A stretch of 64,000 nucleotides of DNA from positions 1 through 64,000 of the forward strand of contig MU271184.1 of the NCBI GenBank assembly GCA_021432655.1. The letters run 5' to 3'. The stretch comes from Atractiella rhizophila (lineage: Eukaryota). A program made the translations under genes and the position numbers. The notes below the pieces were generated by a model, which saw only the letters and a list, made by a program, of their open reading frames with translations, was not told where the DNA came from and did no database searches. Below, piece after piece: positions 58,011 through 64,000 of this stretch; the stretch's first letter is position 1, and each line of letters starts with the position of its first letter.

Positions 58011-58530
58011 CAGGCAACTCGAAGGTTGAGGGGATCCAAAACTTGTAAAACGCCAAAGGGGCCATGCCATTTGTCGTCCAACTTTTTGATAGGTCTTGTC
58101 AATTTGATGTTTTTCGCACTCAACCAGACGGAATCGACGATGTGATATTCGGGCGCCGGTGCACGTTTTCTGTCATAATGTTTTGCCATGTGATCTGCTG
58201 CTTGCTCAGATGCCGCTTGTGCTTCCGGTCGGCGATTTGCATCTATTCGACGAATTGCGCCGCTGCGGGAACGTCCTCGTCAGAGATTGGTTCAAAGGCC
58301 ACGTGGGGATGTTGATCGCAATCGAGTGATAATGGAGTTACGCCCGTCGCCGAACTGACACGATTGTTGAGTGCAAATTCTGCGTTGGGAAGTACCTCCA
58401 CCCAATTATCCTGAAGGTGATTGCAGAAAATGCGCAAATATTGTTCCACCTCTTGGTTCATACGTTCAGTCTGACCATCACTTTGCGGATGATAGGCTGT
58501 CGATGGTGAACCTGTGATACCTAATAGCCG
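58010..58530 (-). mobile_element. Ty3/gypsy integrase fragment (different family from 42600-45170)
   Basis: [46 protein letters not shown] and KLDDKWHGPF. Confidence 0.9.
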
Positions 58531-59864
58531 ATGAAACCACCTCTAGGCTTTTGCGACGAATCCAAGGTCAAGGAATTGAAGTCGCAGTGGCCGATGTCAG
58601 CAGCATGGCCACGATTGTGGCAACTATGGGGACCGCTGACCTTGACCAATTCTGTCACCTCCTACATCTTGACCCAAAACCATGGCTGGAAGGCCCACCG
58701 CTTTTCTCGGATGAGTGGGAGTCATCATCCATCATTCTTCCCCTAGTGAAAGCATTCAGCGCATTCCTTCGACTCCCAGTCGACCACGTGCAGACTGTTC
58801 AACTATTTCGGAAACCATCGCTATCACGAGTGGGTATTCTATCACTGTCTCTTGAAAGTGATTGTTCTTCTAAAGGCATTGTAGCAGGAGGTACTTCTTC
58901 ACACCGGAAAAATTGCCAATCATATCGTAGAAAGATTAAAAAATGATTTCTCTGACAATTTCATGCGTACCAACAAACATTTGACGTTGCGTGTGTTGAC
59001 TTGACAGGGTGACATACCTGTTGATATTCTATTTGTCGGTCCAATCTGTCTAATGCTCGGTAGTTTGATCCGCTTCCTTTAGCATACAGCAGCTATGAAT
59101 GCTTAGGAGAAGACCCGTTTAATATGCGGGACGACTCGCGAGACTCAGATTCTGATGACATGGGTCAGGCTGTTCTTCGTATGTTCTTCATCGCAAGTGG
59201 CTATCGTTCCTGATGACATTCAAATACAGCAGGGGATTTGAAGGCCATTTCTTTCAATCTAAAATGCGACTTGAATCCCAGCGTTTTAATCGGAAGGACA
59301 TTAATCCCACCTGCAAATTTCAATTTCAAGGTAGTTTTTTAGTGATGTTAGCGTGAAAGGTTGGTAACATTGGCACAACAGCGTCCGCGAAAATCAAGTC
59401 ATGTGCGAGTTTATACCTTCTTACGCACCCTTCGTGATGCTATCCAACAACATCTGCGAGCTGGAGTTTCATGTCTGGCTACAATCAAATCGGTCGTAAA
59501 CACTGTAAAGCAGGATATTCCAAAAGATTCCAAATATTGCATCAAGGTGTCTCTCCTCAACCAAGTGAGTACATCACTGGCAGAAACTCTTTGCACCCAA
59601 AGTGGACTGCAGTTTGAACGATCTTTCTGCCAGTGGTTTCCGGAACCTCCTGAACCAGCCCCGCCCATTCTCCGTCTTGTTCCCGTTCCTCCCTCACCTC
59701 ATTGTGATTATATTCCTCACGACGCCGAGGATGACACGTGTTATGATGGCTCATGGTAACTTCGTTTAGAAGTGTTCGAAGGGTGCGTATTCTCCGCTTC
59801 AGAATCTCTCCAAGGTTTTCACTTATCGGCTAGCGAGATTTCATTCGTCACATCCCTTCTTTCC

Positions 59865-61218
59865 ATGTCCAGACCTATCATGCTCCTCTGCGACACGTTT
59901 CTGGTAGAAGGCGAATCATGCATGATTTTGACTGCGGCCTCCTTCGTGACGACAAACAGCAATTCTACTTTGATGTCCTTACCGGTTGAACTGCTCGTTA
60001 TGATTGCTGGATGCCTGGATTTGAAGAGTGTGCAAAACCTGCAACTTACCAGCAAACACTTTGTCGATCCGTGCCGTCAAGAGATATTTTCCCAGATCAA
60101 GATATCAAAGGCGACCGCTTGTTTCCCTCTCCTCTTTGCGCTTTCGAAGACCCCTTCGCGAAGCTGTATGGTACGAAAGCTGAGAATGACTGTAGTGCCC
60201 TTGAGACATTACGATTTACACTCCACTCTGTCCGGCAATGCTCAAGTCGAGCACAGTTTGTATCTCACAGTATTTTTCAAAGTTCTGGAAAAGCTCGGAC
60301 CGCATCTCGAGGAATTGGATATGGTCCACGTTAACCAAAGGAGGGACACGATTTCATGTTCGGAGGTGACATGGTATTGGCTTTTCGCGCCTTGCGCGGT
60401 CTCAAACGCATGCGTCTCAGACGGGGACTGACAGAAGGGGAATGGGATCTTGTTAACATCTTTCTATGCATCAATTGCCCACAACTTCAATCCATGACGA
60501 TCGAGCATCTCCAGGGACGTGCGGTTCCCAAGGTTGACTCTGATGAGAAAGCAGAGCCACCCCAATACATAACCTTTCCACTGCTCAAGGAACTCACCGT
60601 AGAACCACAACATGCAACTAGCGTGCATACTATCAATTGGCTTCTCGAAATGATGCCGTCGATTTCGAAGTTGTCCTTCGTAGGATCCTCCTTTGTCACC
60701 GTCGATAACCTGTTGGACAATGTCAACATCCAAGAATTCGACATCGGGACCCTAAAGGATTCACCAGACGTCTCCTTCCCCCTCTTTCCAATGTGTGACT
60801 TTGTTTCCTTGCTCGCACCCTGTTCAAGTTTACGGGATCTCAGTTTTGTGGAGACCTTGAGAGGATCCCAAAGATGATTGTGAATTTTAAGGCAGACGTG
60901 CGACTCAGCGGTATCCTATCCCCTCAACACATGCAAAAAACTCTCGCTGCATTAGGCAAGTTTGGTAATTTGAAGAGTCTGTCGTTTTCGTTTGTCGACT
61001 CTGTCGAGCAGGAGCGCTCAACTGTGGAGGAAGTGAAGAAGAAGATGGAAGAGTTTTGCGAGGAAAGGAAAATGGAGCTAAGAGCTCTGTACGTGGACAG
61101 GGATCTGAGGTCTCCAGAGTGCCACTACCTCTTGCGCTTCACACTTCGAGAGGGTACTGACCCAAGACCCTTCAAGCCAGTATTGATACTTCGTACTTTG
61201 AGAGGGCTTGCATCATAG
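59865..61218 (+). CDS. F-box protein with a Leu-rich (LRR-like) C-terminal region; apparent frameshifts near 60340 and 60870; start uncertain
   Basis: LMSLPVELLVMIAGCLDLKSVQNLQLTSKHF (F-box) followed by repeated LxxLxL/CPQLQSM/FPLLKEL units across three overlapping ORFs. Confidence 0.75.
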
Positions 61219-62379
61219 TATTGTAATAGAGCTGATCAATTATCGCATGCGTTTATCATGTAACTGAAAATGAATTCAGTTCACCAGGCGGCAAACTGGT
61301 TGCTCCCTTAAGTCACGGCGGAAGGTTCAAACTCACGTTCAAATGGCGAAATTATTTGGCAAACTTAAGGTTACAACATTTTGTTGGTGGCGTTGGGATC
61401 AAGTCAACCTATGTGTTGGCTTCTTTCTCCAGTCCTCATCCACACTCATTGTGATGTCTTTTTGTTCTTCCTCTGATATTACTTATTCTCCTTGTGAACC
61501 AATAGAGTGTGTTCCCTTCTCCTTCATATTGACCCTAGTAGCATTGTTATCCTAATCGTCGGAGCCCAATCTAATCAACCATCTGTGAGGGCTGACACTA
61601 TGTACTTTTGCCTATGGCCGATGTGTCAGTAGTGGAGATAACCCTAAGAGCATGCATGACATGATATGAGAAGACTTACCTTTAGTGGAAATAAACCTAA
61701 GAGAATACTCTAAGTCACCTCCACTACTCTCCAATCTATATACAAGTGAAATAACACTGCCACAAAGTGTAGAGGATAGCAGACGAAACATGTAAGAGAA
61801 CCAAAAGGGAAAGTGACAGTAGGATTACACCCGGTTATAAGAGGAGAATAGACACAATGGTGATGTAAGTGCAACGATTCACATAGAATGCAAACAGAGG
61901 AACTGGAGCATTGGCATAGGATGCAAACCTGACACCATCTTTCCAAGAAATATGGCCAGTGGGTATCCCTTGCTTTGTTGCTTGTTATATGCGACAACAA
62001 GGTGAGTGAGGCGGATAGGAAATGCTGCTATTTGGCTTGTTTGCCGTTCAGACATCAATCATAGAAACTTCAACCATCATCAACGAGGGACAGATAGCTC
62101 TAACTAACATCAGCAAGCAAGGAGTTATAAATTATAATGCCCTCATGTCAAAGTTGTTATGGTTATGTGTCTAGAATTGAGGATGTGCTGAAGATCCTGC
62201 ACTCTTGTGTCAAAGGGAAGCTCTTGGACATGGGTCAGTGGTTGGATGAGCTGGAGAAGAAGGTTAGATCTTGATGCATGAATGGAAGGGCAACAGACCC
62301 GTAAACCCTTACCCAAGACAGGAAGCTAGGTTAGTTCTCATCTCATCAATCAAATTCAGACTTATACTTGATTGCACTT

Positions 62380-63920
62380 GTTGTGGCCTCCTCGGCATTG
62401 CTGCTGTCCTATTAGAAAGGGGACGAACTGCCTATACCCACTTTCGAATACCATTGGACCTTGAAACAGATTCAATCTGTAGTGTTAAGGCTCAGAGTGA
62501 TCATGGACAACTTTACTGTGAGGCAGAATTTGGGATGAAGTGGGTATGACCCATTGTTGGTGCTTTGAGGCAGTTGATCGGATGCTGAGAGATTGTGTAA
62601 AGTAGATGGCGCCTTTTGGTGGAATAATTTTTGTTCTAGGTGGTAAGTGGAATAATTCAAAGAGTTCACCGCTGATAAATAGATTAGGTGACATGCGACA
62701 GTGTACCTCGCTGTCATTCCCAAGGCTTCATGTGCACGGATTGTTGATGTATGTATTATCAACAGTCCATTTTGGCCTGCAGTGAGGATCCTTCCTCTCA
62801 GTCAACAGGCATCTTCTACATCATCAGGCTCATATGGCAGCCGATGACTTTGCTATCACTTCTGACCTTGCTCATTGGTTGCTGTCAGTTGGAAATGGTG
62901 CAACTGGCAACCCAGATGACAGTTTTTGTGGTCCATTGACCATGAAGGATGGAACAATAATCCTACAGTCACGTGGCCTAGAAGGTCTCTTAAATGACAT
63001 CTATCCTCGGCTTAACACATAACTGAAGACCTATATTGTGTTCAGCTGAGGCAATACTTCCAAGAGTGCATGGTCCTCATGCCTAAAATGTTGGTGTCGA
63101 CCTGATAAACAACTAGCTTATCCAAAGATTTATCTCCCGACAGGAATGAATTTATCTCAGTGCTGATCGTTTGACGGATGACAATGAGATTGTTCAGCAA
63201 GGCTTTACAGTTGAGTACCTCAATACTCTCAATGTTACAGGCCTTCCTCTTCATCGCTTGCACCTCAAAATCGGAGCCCCTATCATCCTCTTTCGAAACC
63301 TCAACCCTTTTGCTCGGCCCCCCGCCCTATAATGGTACATGTTTGATCGTCACCTAGCTACTCTCTCGTGTCATCGAGGCGGCAATTGTCACAGGTACAT
63401 TTGCCGGCAACTCAGTTCTCATTCCATGCATTGCTTTGGATAGCAAAGTCTCCAATTCTTTTCCCTTTGTCCTATGCTGGTTTCAATTCCCGGTCAAGTT
63501 AGCATTCTGCCTCACTATCAACAACTCACAGGATCAGTCAGTTGAGACTGTCAGCCTATACTTGGACATCCCTGTGTTTGCCCATGGATAACTTTATGTC
63601 GGACAGTCAAGAGCTTCAAATGTGAAGAATCTTAGAGTTTATTTACATCAAGTGGAAGGGACTGATAATTAGAAAACTGAGAATGTAGTATATAGAGAAG
63701 TTTTGAATCTACAAGAACGTATGCAAATAGCCTGACAATACCTCTTTACACTTGACAATTGCAGGACAAGTGTAACTCTGACCTCCCTGAAGGCAAGGCC
63801 CCATGCAGTGGCTGCCAGAGGCAAGAGCTCCACGCAGTGGCCGCTGGATGCTGAGGTCCAAGGGGCAAAGCCCCTGGCAGGGGGGGGATGTCCGAGGGAT
63901 GACGGCACCAAAACACTTGT
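62380..63920 (+). mobile_element. Degenerate Helitron: PIF1-like helicase 3' part and possible 3' end
   Basis: GIAAVLL..GRTAYTHFRIP, LHLKIGAPIILFRNL, QFPVKLAFCLTINNSQDQS and VFAHG.LYV..SRA. GGGGC-AAA-GCCCC hairpin at 63862-63874 and CTTG-T at 63916-63920. Confidence 0.8.
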
Positions 63921-64000
63921 AAGCTTCAAAAGCATCATACGGGATTTTATCCGTGTGAGAGAGTAATACTAAACATATGCAAGAAGTAGGGACAATGGGA

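Noticed and set aside
58530..59760. ORFs 58551-58946 and 59361-59759 as annotated genes
   Set aside because: No recognisable motifs and no convincing exon chain; left uncalled.

Overview
Eukaryotic DNA, very likely from a basidiomycete fungus: genes have many short (~45-60 nt) GT-AG introns and the gene families are fungal. About three quarters of the window is nested, mostly decayed transposons: several hAT elements (one complete with TIRs and an 8-bp TSD), a CACTA/Plavaka-like transposase running into a hAT transposase, a P-element-like transposase, two copies of another DDE transposase, Copia, Ty3/gypsy and LINE fragments, a Helitron helicase, and an AT-rich island with a cytochrome b-like remnant. 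Host-type genes among them are a small Zn(II)2Cys6 regulator, a DHA2-type MFS transporter, a class I terpene synthase with one in-frame TAG, an F-box gene and a flavin-dependent halogenase. The standout is the halogenase (51664-55604, minus strand). It carries an internal ~570-aa Tyr/Lys/Ser/Ala-rich tandem-repeat insert with nine invariant NPSY cores, placed between its catalytic body and its conserved C-terminal motif. This suggests an enzyme fused to its own repeated peptide substrate, a borosin-like self-modifying RiPP hypothesis that is untested. All calls come from reading motifs by eye; no database searches were run, and intron and element boundaries are approximate unless stated.
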